Positions 1 to 8,725 of a stretch of 21,346 nt of DNA are shown in pieces. Under the pieces are notes generated by a model. The model was not told where the DNA came from. It saw only the letters and a program-made list of their open reading frames with translations, and made no database searches. Positions within the stretch are counted from its first letter, which is position 1; each line of letters begins with the position of its first letter. Source of the stretch: Thermoproteota archaeon. GTDB lineage: Archaea; Korarchaeota; Korarchaeia; Korarchaeales; Korarchaeaceae. Position numbers and translations under genes: made by a program. The stretch spans positions 1 through 21,346 of the forward strand of contig JAOZFI010000009.1 of assembly GCA_027491395.1 (NCBI GenBank), given 5' to 3'.

Positions 1-31
1 GATCCGTCAATACCCAAGGGTTACCCCTCAC

Positions 32-39
32 TTTATTAA
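32..39 (+). promoter_or_regulatory. Putative TATA box of a leaderless or short-leader SDR transcript
   Basis: TTTATTAA ends 23 nt before ATG 62, and there is no clear GGTGA RBS; consistent with archaeal promoter geometry. Confidence 0.45.
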
Positions 40-61
40 CGGAACAGCCAGATGGGGCATC

Positions 62-856
62 ATGCTACCCGGACTACCCACAGTAGCAAGGCCAACGTTG
101 AGCGAGATGATCTCGCTCGCGGGGAAAACTGCTATGATCACTGGAGCTGCGTCAGGAATAGGCAAGGCAACCGCGTTAAGGTTTGCAGAGGCAGGAGCTG
201 ACATAATAGCTGTAGATGTGGATGGGGAGGGATTGCAAAAGCTGGCTAGGGAGATCTCTGAGGTAAGGATTCAAGCCAAGCTAGTGGATCTCTCCAATAA
301 GAGCGAGATAGACAGACTCTGGGACGAGATAGAGGAGGCCCCGGATATCCTCGTGAATAACGCTGGGATCTACCCCTTCAGGGGATTCACGGAAGTGGAT
401 GAGGGTTTCCTAGATTGGGTAATGAAGGTGAACGCCCTCTCAGTGTTCTGGATGAGTCAGCACATGATAAGAAGGAGAGAAAAGCGCGGCGGAGTGATCG
501 TGAATGTAGGCTCCATAGAGGCGATACTCCCGTTCAAGGAGGATCTCGCCCATTATACCATGAGCAAAGCTGCAGTGATAGCGCTAACGAGGTCGCTCGC
601 GAGGGACTACGGCAAGAAGTTCAGGGTGAATGTCGTCATCCCCGGTGGAATATACACGGAAGGAGTCAAGAGGATCGCTAAGAAGCTCGGGATAAAGGCA
701 GTTGGGGAGGCTAAGGAGTTCATGAAACGCCTTCCCATGGGGAGGATGGGGGATCCCGATGAGGTGGCTAGGGTTATATTGTTTCTAGCCAGTGACATGG
801 CTAGCTACGTCAACGGGGCAGTAATACCGGTGGATGGGGGATTCCTATCCACCTAA
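62..856 (+). CDS. Classical short-chain dehydrogenase/reductase (FabG-like), 264 aa
   Basis: TGAASGIG Rossmann motif, NNAG, catalytic YTMSK, C-terminal VDGG. An alternative start at ATG 107 is possible. Confidence 0.93.
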   Translation: MLPGLPTVARPTLSEMISLAGKTAMITGAASGIGKATALRFAEAGADIIAVDVDGEGLQKLAREISEVRIQAKLVDLSNKSEIDRLWDEIEEAPDILVNNAGIYPFRGFTEVDEGFLDWVMKVNALSVFWMSQHMIRRREKRGGVIVNVGSIEAILPFKEDLAHYTMSKAAVIALTRSLARDYGKKFRVNVVIPGGIYTEGVKRIAKKLGIKAVGEAKEFMKRLPMGRMGDPDEVARVILFLASDMASYVNGAVIPVDGGFLST

Positions 857-1106
857 CTCTGATTTTACTCTAATCCAACCTCAAGGTCCAAGCACCTAAT
901 GATTAAAAGACTAGCTTATCGATCCCTCCAAGTTTTCCAAACCCACCTTCTAGGCCGATTGACTTAAGAACTTGAATATACAAAATCAATCCACGCAGAT
1001 CTAGTTAAGGGAACGAACCCCTTTCGCATTGGAAAAAGTATCCCCTCTTTGAAAGTGATCCCTAACCATGACTTCGAGGTCAGTAATTAGAAGTAAATTG
1101 TTCGTA

Positions 1107-1138
1107 CATTCTAATAATTATAAAGTCAAAATAGAATG
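1107..1138. promoter_or_regulatory. Inverted repeat (possible operator) around an AT-rich TATA-like core
   Basis: CATTCTA (1107-1113) and TAGAATG (1132-1138) are perfect inverted arms with an 18-nt spacer containing ATTATAAA. Confidence 0.35.
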
Positions 1139-1150
1139 CGAGATTCGACC

Positions 1151-1163
1151 AAATTTTTATATT
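1151..1163 (+). promoter_or_regulatory. Putative BRE/TATA promoter of the dpp operon
   Basis: AAATTTTTATATT about 65 nt upstream of the dppA ATG; RBS GAGGTGA at 1215-1221. Confidence 0.55.
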
Positions 1164-1226
1164 ATTTCATCTCGGAATAAGATCACGGGCACCGCGAGGT
1201 GTCTAGATCAGCTAGAGGTGAGCTGA

Positions 1227-3098
1227 ATGAGTGCTAAGGATTGGGGAATTGCGATAGTACTGCTCATCATAGGGCTCCTCATAGGCTATTTCGCGGCCGG
1301 TCCCGGTAAGGTCACTACTACCACGGTGACCCAGACATCGGTAAAAACCGTGACGACCACGGTGACCGCGGGGGCACCTAAGCCTACAACCACCGCACCA
1401 AAAACCACGACTACAGCCCCGGCTGAGAAGGTCAAGAACCCCGATAAGCTGATAGTGGCTACAATAGGTGAACCAGAAACTCTAGACCCGGCTTGGGCCT
1501 ACGATACCGCGAGCGGTGAGGTTATCTTCAACATGTACGAGACTCTCATATTCTTCGACAGGGAAAAGGTAGATCAGTTCGTGCCCATAGTGGCTACGAA
1601 GGTCCCTTCATTTGAGAACGGTCTCGTCAAGGATGGAGGTAAGACGATAATCTTCCCGATACGGAAGGGAATAAAGTTCCACTCAGGCAGGGAGCTCACT
1701 CCCGAGGATGTGGAGTACTCCCTCGAGAGAGTCATGGTCATGGACAGGGATGGAGGTCCGTCGTGGATGCTCCTCGATCCCCTGCTAGGGGTGGAGTCCA
1801 CTAGGGATAGTGATGGGAACATTGTAGTCAAGTTCGAAGACATAGACAAGGCAGTCGAGGTAGAGGGAGACAACGTCGTCTTGCACCTCAAGAAGCCCTA
1901 TCCTCTGACCACCCTGCTCCAGATACTCTCCCAGACTTGGAGCAGCATAGTGGACAAGGAGTGCGCCATAAAGCACGGCGCCTGGGACGGGAAGGCCGAG
2001 ACTTGGACCAAGTACAACAATCCCGACAACCCGCCCCTCCAGGAAGCTGACTGCGGATCCGGTCCGTTCAAGCTGGGCGTATGGGAGCACGGCAAGCAGG
2101 TGGTACTCAAGAGGTTCGACGACTACTGGCGCGGGCCGGCTAACTTCACCGAGTTCATCATAATGAAGGTGGACGAGTGGTCCACTAGGAAACTCATGTT
2201 CCTGAAGGGAGATGTGGACATGGCCTACGTCCCGAGGCAGCATGCCAAGGAAGTTGAGGGCGCTCCGGGCATAAGGGTGTACAAGAACCTGCCGACCCTG
2301 AGCAACGCGGCCCTATTCTTCAACTTCAACATATCTGCGACCTCGCCGTACATAGGCAGCGGCAAGTTAGATGGTAATGGCGTGCCTCCAGACTTCTTCC
2401 AAGACAAGAACTTGAGGAAGGCCTTCGCCTACGCCATAGACTACGACACCTACATTAAGGAGGCTTGGTTCGGCGAGGCCATAAGGACTCCAGGCCCGAT
2501 ACCCAAGGGACTGCCCGGCTACGACCCGAATATGCCCATGTATAACTACGACATAGAGAAGGCCAAGGAACTCTTCCAGAAGGCCTGGGACGGAAAGGTG
2601 TGGGATAAGGGTTTCAAGTTCAGCATCCTCTATAACACAGGAAACGAGCAGAGGAAGGCTCTCGCTGAGATGATAAAGGACAAGGTCGAGAGCTTAAATC
2701 CGAAGTTCCACATCGAGGTCAAGGCAGTGGAGTGGCCTGACTACCTGAAGGCCATGGTCAGGGGTGAGTTACCTCTCTTCATAATAGGGTGGCTCGCCGA
2801 CTATCCAGACCCATACAACTTCGTCTTCCCGTACATGCACTCCTCCGGGACCTTCGCAGCTTGGCAGCACTACAAGAACCCGAAGGTGGACGAGCTGGTG
2901 GAGAAACTCATCACTACCACCGATCAGCAGAAGAGGATCGAGATATGCAAGGAACTCACGAAGATATACTACGAGGACATACCCAGCATAATAGTGTACC
3001 AGCCTCTGGGTAGGCACTACGAGAGGACTTGGGTACACGGATGGTACTACAACCCGATATACCCAGGCGTCTACGCCTACCCGCTCTGGAAGGGCTGA
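1227..3098 (+). CDS. dppA: Peptide/nickel ABC transporter substrate-binding protein (family 5) with N-terminal membrane anchor and Thr-rich linker, 623 aa
   Basis: Motifs PETLDPA, IRKGIKFHSG, GSGPFKL, LRKAFAYAID, GWLADYPDP; first gene of a dppBCDF cluster; strong RBS. Confidence 0.95.
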   Translation: MSAKDWGIAIVLLIIGLLIGYFAAGPGKVTTTTVTQTSVKTVTTTVTAGAPKPTTTAPKTTTTAPAEKVKNPDKLIVATIGEPETLDPAWAYDTASGEVIFNMYETLIFFDREKVDQFVPIVATKVPSFENGLVKDGGKTIIFPIRKGIKFHSGRELTPEDVEYSLERVMVMDRDGGPSWMLLDPLLGVESTRDSDGNIVVKFEDIDKAVEVEGDNVVLHLKKPYPLTTLLQILSQTWSSIVDKECAIKHGAWDGKAETWTKYNNPDNPPLQEADCGSGPFKLGVWEHGKQVVLKRFDDYWRGPANFTEFIIMKVDEWSTRKLMFLKGDVDMAYVPRQHAKEVEGAPGIRVYKNLPTLSNAALFFNFNISATSPYIGSGKLDGNGVPPDFFQDKNLRKAFAYAIDYDTYIKEAWFGEAIRTPGPIPKGLPGYDPNMPMYNYDIEKAKELFQKAWDGKVWDKGFKFSILYNTGNEQRKALAEMIKDKVESLNPKFHIEVKAVEWPDYLKAMVRGELPLFIIGWLADYPDPYNFVFPYMHSSGTFAAWQHYKNPKVDELVEKLITTTDQQKRIEICKELTKIYYEDIPSIIVYQPLGRHYERTWVHGWYYNPIYPGVYAYPLWKG

Positions 3099-3099
3099 T

Positions 3100-3126
3100 C
3101 CCCTCTTCTCCCATCTTTTTTACTTT
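3100..3126 (+). terminator. Oligo-T/pyrimidine tract after dppA (partial terminator or processing site)
   Basis: Pyrimidine-rich tract with T6 at 3116-3121, directly after the dppA stop; archaeal terminators are oligo-T. Confidence 0.5.
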
Positions 3127-3164
3127 GTGACTCTTACTGCCCTGATCCATGGGGTGATGTTCTC

Positions 3165-4199
3165 TTGGGAAGTTTAGCCACCTATATCGCCCGGAGATTA
3201 CTCCTAATAATACCCACGCTACTCGGCGTCTCCATACTCATCTTCGCCATATCCATGGTCTTCACCCCTGAGCAGAGGGCCGCTCTCTATGTGACGTCGC
3301 CTAAAGCGGCTTCCAAAATTTACCAGATCATAAAGAAGTACGGGCTGGACAGGCCAGCCCACGAGCAGTACTTCACTTGGCTATCGAATGTCCTTAGGGG
3401 AAATCTGGGCTACTCTAAATCCATGAACATACCAGTCATAAGGGCATTCACCGATCTATGGCCGACCTCGGTGGAGATCGCCATATACGCGGCTCCGTTC
3501 ATAGTACTCGTCGGGGTGAAGCTGGGAAAGATATCAGCCATATACAGGGATAAGCTACCCGATCACATAGCTAGGGTGCTAGCTATCGTGGGATGGTCCC
3601 TGCCTACATTCTGGTCCGCTATCATACTCCTAGCAATATTCTACGGCTGGCTGGGGTGGTTCCCTCCGGGGAGACTCGGGCCCGAGGCCCAAGCCATAGT
3701 CAGGTCGAGCGAGTGGGTCACCTACACTGGCCTGTACACGATAGATGCCCTGCTCAACGGTAACCTGTTTGTCTTCATAGATGCGGTGAGGCATCTCTTC
3801 CTCCCAGTCCTCAACTTGGTCATAGTGGGTAACGCCGGGATAATGAGGGTCATGAGATCCAGCATGCTGGAGGAGCTGAACAAGGAGTACGTCCTCGCCG
3901 CCAGGTCGAAGGGCGTAGCTGAAAGGGACATAATCAACAAGCATGTGACCAGAAACGCCCTTATACCCGTGGTGACCATGGCTGGTGTGTTGGTCGCTGG
4001 ACTGATGACCGGGCTGGTGATAACCGAGACCGTGTTCGAGCTCAAGGGTCTCGGATACTGGGCTGCCCACGCGGCCGAGCAGCTGGATATACCCTCAGTC
4101 TTGGCCTTCGCCCTATTCACTGGTGTGGTCTTCGTGATCGCTAACCTCATCGTGGACGTCCTATACGCCTACATAGACCCGAGAGTGAGGCTCCAGTGA
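3165..4199 (+). CDS. dppB: Peptide ABC transporter permease, 344 aa (TTG start)
   Basis: YIARRLL start, YGLDRP...QY, GNLGYS, EAA-loop equivalent EYVLAARSKG, DPRVR end; RBS GGGGTGA at 3151-3157. Confidence 0.95.
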   Translation: MGSLATYIARRLLLIIPTLLGVSILIFAISMVFTPEQRAALYVTSPKAASKIYQIIKKYGLDRPAHEQYFTWLSNVLRGNLGYSKSMNIPVIRAFTDLWPTSVEIAIYAAPFIVLVGVKLGKISAIYRDKLPDHIARVLAIVGWSLPTFWSAIILLAIFYGWLGWFPPGRLGPEAQAIVRSSEWVTYTGLYTIDALLNGNLFVFIDAVRHLFLPVLNLVIVGNAGIMRVMRSSMLEELNKEYVLAARSKGVAERDIINKHVTRNALIPVVTMAGVLVAGLMTGLVITETVFELKGLGYWAAHAAEQLDIPSVLAFALFTGVVFVIANLIVDVLYAYIDPRVRLQ

Positions 4200-4218
4200 A
4201 GGTTAGGGTGAGTGAAAA

Positions 4219-5154
4219 ATGAGTGTTGCGAAAGAGGTGAAGAAGGTACCCCTCTCCGAGAGGATCTGGTTTAAAGAGCTTAAATTCATGGCTAAGAGGG
4301 TCAGGGAGAGCCCATTATCCTTGGCCGGACTGGCCATAATATTCTTTTACGTGGTGCTGGCCATCCTGGCCCCTTACCTAGCCCCTCCTAAACCGGGAAG
4401 GGATCCCTTCGAGATACCTAGGTACGGTTACGTGATAACGCCCTCCCCTCCCAGTCCGGAGCATCCGTTCGGCCTAACTCAGGGACAGTACGACCTCTTC
4501 TACGGGTGCATCTGGGGGACAGTGACTGCTTTCAGGGTCGGACTGCTGGGAGTGTCTGGCTCCATTCTGATCGGCCTGACCGTGGGTGCTATAGCGGGAT
4601 ACTTCGGCGGTAAGATAGACGAGATCCTCATGAGGATAGTGGACATCGTCTACGCGATTCCCGGCCTAATATTAGCCATGGCTTTCGTCCTCGCGCTCGG
4701 TCAGAGCTTGGACAACGTGATAATAGCCCTGATGCTGGTAGGATGGGCCACCTACGCGAGGCTAACGAGGGCGGGCGTTCTCCAAGTCAAGCAGGAGGAT
4801 TACGTGGAGGCCGCTAGGGCCATAGGCTCTCCACACAGGAGGATACTGCTGAGACACATCCTCCCCAATAGCATATTCCCCGTCTTCGTGGTGGCAACGC
4901 TGGACATAGGTTCAATGGTACTCACCGCCTCCGCCCTGAGCTTCTTGGGCATTGGTGCCCCACTGGGATACGCTGATTGGGGACAGCTGATCGCTCTCTC
5001 CAGGAACTGGCTCATAGGGACTCCAGAGAATCCGTTCGAGTACTGGTACACCTACACGTACCCGGGCATATTCATCTTCACCTTCGTGCTGGGCTGGAAC
5101 CTTCTGGGCGATGCCTTCAGGGACATACTCGATCCCACTCTGAGGAGGAGGTGA
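4219..5154 (+). CDS. dppC: Peptide ABC transporter permease, 311 aa
   Basis: PSPEHPFG, DYVEAARAIG, HILPN, LSFLGIG, NLLGDAFRDILDP. Confidence 0.95.
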   Translation: MSVAKEVKKVPLSERIWFKELKFMAKRVRESPLSLAGLAIIFFYVVLAILAPYLAPPKPGRDPFEIPRYGYVITPSPPSPEHPFGLTQGQYDLFYGCIWGTVTAFRVGLLGVSGSILIGLTVGAIAGYFGGKIDEILMRIVDIVYAIPGLILAMAFVLALGQSLDNVIIALMLVGWATYARLTRAGVLQVKQEDYVEAARAIGSPHRRILLRHILPNSIFPVFVVATLDIGSMVLTASALSFLGIGAPLGYADWGQLIALSRNWLIGTPENPFEYWYTYTYPGIFIFTFVLGWNLLGDAFRDILDPTLRRR

Positions 5155-5158
5155 TCCC

Positions 5159-6325
5159 ATGACTGAGAGGAATGAGGGGAACATAATGGAGGTGAGGGAC
5201 CTCTATGTGAGGTTCTACACCTACGAGGGTGTGGTCAAGGCGGTGGACGGCGTGGACTTGGATGTCCTTAGGGGAGAGACCTTGGGGATAGTGGGAGAGA
5301 CCGGCAGCGGCAAGTCAGTTACCACCTATGCCATGATGAACATGGTCCCACCTCCAGGCAGGATAACTAGGGGCAGGGTGGTCTACAGGAGGGATGGGAA
5401 GGAGTTCGTCCTCACAGAGATGCCGGAGAGCGAGATAAGGAAACTCAGGGGATCTGATATCTCTAGGATATTCCAGGAGCCTAAAGCCGCCCTCAATCCG
5501 GTGTACAAGGTTGGGGATCAGGTCGCAGAGGCGATCCTCATACACAGGCTGGACGAGATGAAGGAGAGGGCGCTGGAGACCCTGAAGAGTGAAAGGGGCG
5601 TATTTCCCTCCCTCAGCAGATCCGTGATTGATAGGTCCCTGAAGTTCGAGGGTGATCCCCTCGTCAGGCTCTTGAAGAGGATACCCCTTCTGAGGAGGCT
5701 CTACTGGAAGCCCATAAAGCGCGAGGCTAGGAAGGAGGTGGTGAAGCTTCTGGGCTTGATGGGGATACCCGATCCGGATAGGGTGTATGACATGTACCCG
5801 CACGAGCTCAGCGGGGGCATGCAGCAGAGGATAGTGATAGCAACAGCGCTCTCCTGCAATCCTCAGCTTCTCATAGCCGATGAACCAACTACAAACTTGG
5901 ATGTCACGGTGGAGGCCCAGATACTTGAGTTGATGAAGGATCTTAAGAAGAAATTCGGGATGACGCTGCTCTACATAACCCACGACATGGGAGTCATCGC
6001 CGAGATGTCCGATCGGGTAGCTGTGATGTACGCAGGCAACATAGTTGAGGTTGGTGACGTCATCACGATATTCAAGAAGCCCCTCCATCCCTACACGAAG
6101 GGCCTTCTGGAAGCTATCCCTATGCCAGGGAGGCCGTTGAAAGACATACCGGGCACCGTGCCGAATCTAATAAACCCCCCATCTGGGTGTCGCTTCCATC
6201 CGAGGTGCGAGTATGCGATGGATAGATGCAAGAGGGAGAAACCGAAGCTGGTAGAGGTTGAACCCGGGCATTGGGTCGCTTGCTTCCTTCACCACGACCA
6301 AGCGGCGGAGGTGGAAGAGGGATGA
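5159..6325 (+). CDS. dppD: Peptide ABC transporter ATP-binding protein, 388 aa
   Basis: Walker A GETGSGKS, signature LSGGMQQR, Walker B LIADEPT, HPY, C-terminal CRFHPRC..C..C cluster. Confidence 0.95.
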   Translation: MTERNEGNIMEVRDLYVRFYTYEGVVKAVDGVDLDVLRGETLGIVGETGSGKSVTTYAMMNMVPPPGRITRGRVVYRRDGKEFVLTEMPESEIRKLRGSDISRIFQEPKAALNPVYKVGDQVAEAILIHRLDEMKERALETLKSERGVFPSLSRSVIDRSLKFEGDPLVRLLKRIPLLRRLYWKPIKREARKEVVKLLGLMGIPDPDRVYDMYPHELSGGMQQRIVIATALSCNPQLLIADEPTTNLDVTVEAQILELMKDLKKKFGMTLLYITHDMGVIAEMSDRVAVMYAGNIVEVGDVITIFKKPLHPYTKGLLEAIPMPGRPLKDIPGTVPNLINPPSGCRFHPRCEYAMDRCKREKPKLVEVEPGHWVACFLHHDQAAEVEEG

Positions 6326-7413
6326 TCTCCTTGGATCACAAAGAGTGGCTTTCCAAGACCGAGGGATCCCTCATCAGAACATACAGGTTGAAAAAGCATT
6401 TTCCAGTCTTGGGCGGCATCCTGAAAAGACCAGTAGCATGGGTCAAGGCCGTCGATGGCGTGGACATGTGGGTCAAGAAGGGGGAGACCCTAGGTCTCGT
6501 CGGGGAATCCGGATGCGGAAAGACCACCTTGGGAAAGACCCTTATAAGGCTGCTGGATCCAACCTCAGGACACATATTCTACGACGTGCCCGAGGACGTG
6601 ATAAAGGAGATTTTGGAGCTCGAAAGTTCAGGAGACAAGTCGAGGCTAAAGGAGCTCAGGAGGAGATACGATCTAGCTTACATGAAAGGGAAGCAGCTGA
6701 AGGAATTTAGGAGGAAGATGCAGATAGTGTTTCAGAATCCCCTCACGGCCCTCAACCCCAGGATGATGGTGAAGGATATAGTGGCCGAGCCCCTCATAGT
6801 CCAGAAGATAGCAAAGGGAGAGGAGGCATACGACATGGCCCTTCAGGCGCTTCAAGAAGTGGGACTCGGGAAGGAGCACATGTGGAGATACCCACATGAG
6901 TTCTCCGGAGGGCAGAGACAGAGGATAGCCATAGCTAGGGCCCTGGTGCTGAAGCCGGACTTCATAGTTCTGGACGAGCCCACATCAGCCGTTGACGTGT
7001 CGGTGAGGGCTAGGCTTCTGAAGCTCTTCAAGGAGCTGCAGAGCAAGTACGGGCTCACGTACCTGTTCATCAGCCACGACCTATCGCAGGTGCAGGTCAT
7101 CAGCGACAGGGTGGCCGTCATGTACTTGGGCAAGATAGTGGAGCTCGCCGATACTAGGGAGATATTCGAGAACCCGATGCATCCCTACACCCAGGCGCTC
7201 TTTTCAGCCAAGCCCGTGCCTGATCCGACAGTCAGGAAGGGGAGGATAGTCTTGAAAGGGGATGTCCCAAGCCCGGTCAATCCGCCGTCCGGGTGTCGCT
7301 TCCACCCGAGGTGCTTCAAAGTCTTCGGGCCGTGTGACAGGGAGGAACCTCCCTTGGTGGAGGTGAAGCCGGGCCACTGGGTAGCCTGCCACCTATACGG
7401 GGAATCTTCATGA
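6322..7413 (+). CDS. dppF: Peptide ABC transporter ATP-binding protein, 363 aa (start moved from 6271)
   Basis: ATG 6322 overlaps the dppD TGA (ATGA); GESGCGKT, FSGGQRQR, VLDEPT, HPY, CRFHPRC..C..C. Confidence 0.93.
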   Translation: MISLDHKEWLSKTEGSLIRTYRLKKHFPVLGGILKRPVAWVKAVDGVDMWVKKGETLGLVGESGCGKTTLGKTLIRLLDPTSGHIFYDVPEDVIKEILELESSGDKSRLKELRRRYDLAYMKGKQLKEFRRKMQIVFQNPLTALNPRMMVKDIVAEPLIVQKIAKGEEAYDMALQALQEVGLGKEHMWRYPHEFSGGQRQRIAIARALVLKPDFIVLDEPTSAVDVSVRARLLKLFKELQSKYGLTYLFISHDLSQVQVISDRVAVMYLGKIVELADTREIFENPMHPYTQALFSAKPVPDPTVRKGRIVLKGDVPSPVNPPSGCRFHPRCFKVFGPCDREEPPLVEVKPGHWVACHLYGESS

Positions 7414-7961
7414 GGAAAATACTCTTCATCTCCCTATTCCTTCTTTCTCTGCTAGTCGGAGGACTCATACATCTCTATCAAAGGAGGACTGAACTGGAGT
7501 CCAAATATCCGGTGCCACCCGACAACTATTACATCACTAGGCTGAGCGAGGACTTCCAGTGCGAGGGGTTCCTCACAAAGGGATCGATGCCCATAAGGAC
7601 CACTCCAGAGGGACTGTCCCTCAAGGGAGGTCTCGGTGTGCAGTTCCTCTGCCAGTACAATCCGCCCGAGAAGACCCTCGTCTACATAGCGTTCATGAAG
7701 GTCTCGAATGAGAGGGTGGCGAGGGATGTGGCCAAGGAGATAGTGGCCTATGTTAACCGGTCTAGGGAGAGGTACAGCGAGTGGAGCTACGAGATCGGTG
7801 ATGGGTTCGGCTATGCCTACTTCGACTATCAGGGATTGCGGTGGGAGATGTGGTACAGGGGGAGGTGGGTGATAGAAGTGGGGGCGGGGAGGTCCGGTGA
7901 TGAGGGCGCCGAGATAATATCGCGAGTTAAGAAGTGCATAGCGGAGATTGGGCGCTCCTAG
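7410..7961 (+). CDS. Hypothetical protein with N-terminal membrane anchor or signal peptide, 183 aa
   Basis: ATGA overlap with the dppF stop; MRK plus hydrophobic stretch; codon style like its neighbours; no family recognised. Confidence 0.8.
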   Translation: MRKILFISLFLLSLLVGGLIHLYQRRTELESKYPVPPDNYYITRLSEDFQCEGFLTKGSMPIRTTPEGLSLKGGLGVQFLCQYNPPEKTLVYIAFMKVSNERVARDVAKEIVAYVNRSRERYSEWSYEIGDGFGYAYFDYQGLRWEMWYRGRWVIEVGAGRSGDEGAEIISRVKKCIAEIGRS

Positions 7962-7982
7962 CTAGTTTTCCCTCTAACTAGC
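7961..7982 (+). terminator. Hairpin directly after the dpp operon (possible terminator)
   Basis: 7-bp stem GCTAGTT/AACTAGC with pyrimidine loop TTCCCTCT. Confidence 0.35.
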
Positions 7983-8144
7983 GCGTGACCCGAGGGATAC
8001 GAGTTAAAAGAAATGTTCACTAGAGTAACAGACCTGAGGCCTTGTCAGATTTCTAGGCTAGCTCTAGATCGAACAGCGCGCTGGAAGATGTTCAAGGTCT
8101 GAGGGTCGCGTTAAACTCATCAACATTGCACTCCCCATTATCAT

Positions 8145-8714
8145 ATGAGGAGGGTTTCAACAAACTCGTTCTTCAGGGTAGTGGGTCCTAAGCTGGTGGC
8201 ACTGATAACTTCCGGTCCGCTGGACGATGCCAACGCGATGGCCGCCACCTGGCACTCACCGATTTCCTTTGATCCCCCACTATACGGAGTATCTGTGTCA
8301 CCAAAGAGGGCGACGCACTCCATCATAAGGGAGACGGAATCTTTCGGGGTGAATCTCATGCCCTACGAGATGGTAGATTCTGCTCACGCTTGCGGTCGGA
8401 TCTCGAAATCGGAGTTGAGGGATAAGCTGGAAATCGCTGGTATAAAGGTATTCGAGGGCCCGGAACTAGGCGTCCCCCTAGTAGAGGGGGCTTACGCGGC
8501 CATGGAGTGCCTCTTGGTGGACCGGATGGAACTAGGAGACCACACCTGGTTCGTAGGCGAAGTGAGATCGGTACTCGCTGGGGCCACTAGGGGAGGGATA
8601 GTGGATGTCTCCTCGGTAAGACCTTTGCTGTACTTGGGGAACGACCTGTACCTGACTGTGGATCCGGATAGCGTTAGGAGGGGTAGGGTGAAGGGGAGAC
8701 CCCAACTATCATAA
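8145..8714 (+). CDS. Flavin reductase-like FMN-binding protein (DIM6/NTAB family), 189 aa
   Basis: NAMAATW, SFDPP, T..IRETESFGVN, MEC, GDHTWFVGEV; no RBS, with TTAAAC at 8111-8116 suggesting a leaderless transcript. Confidence 0.92.
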   Translation: MRRVSTNSFFRVVGPKLVALITSGPLDDANAMAATWHSPISFDPPLYGVSVSPKRATHSIIRETESFGVNLMPYEMVDSAHACGRISKSELRDKLEIAGIKVFEGPELGVPLVEGAYAAMECLLVDRMELGDHTWFVGEVRSVLAGATRGGIVDVSSVRPLLYLGNDLYLTVDPDSVRRGRVKGRPQLS

Positions 8715-8725
8715 GGGATGTCACG

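Noticed and set aside
12-26. Short palindromes ACCC-AA-GGGT and GGGTTACCC upstream of the SDR TATA box
   Set aside because: The 4-bp arms are expected by chance, and the upstream context is cut off.
1227-1300. Class III (pilin-like) signal peptide on DppA
   Set aside because: No K/R-G/A cleavage motif precedes the hydrophobic stretch; better read as a plain membrane anchor.
1320-1367. 12-bp direct repeat ACCACGGTGACC
   Set aside because: It encodes TTVT in the ordinary Thr-rich linker.
5315-6088. 257-aa antisense ORF and other shadow ORFs (e.g. 1785-2243, 3630-4070, 17231-17809)
   Set aside because: They lie wholly within or opposite well-supported genes, show no motifs, and are explained by codon bias.
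6271-6321. ORF-track start of dppF
   Set aside because: It overlaps dppD by 55 nt; the ATGA-coupled ATG at 6322 fits better.
6185-7314. 24-bp near-identical repeat (6185-6208 and 7291-7314)
   Set aside because: It encodes the conserved GCRFHPRC motif of the paralogs DppD and DppF.
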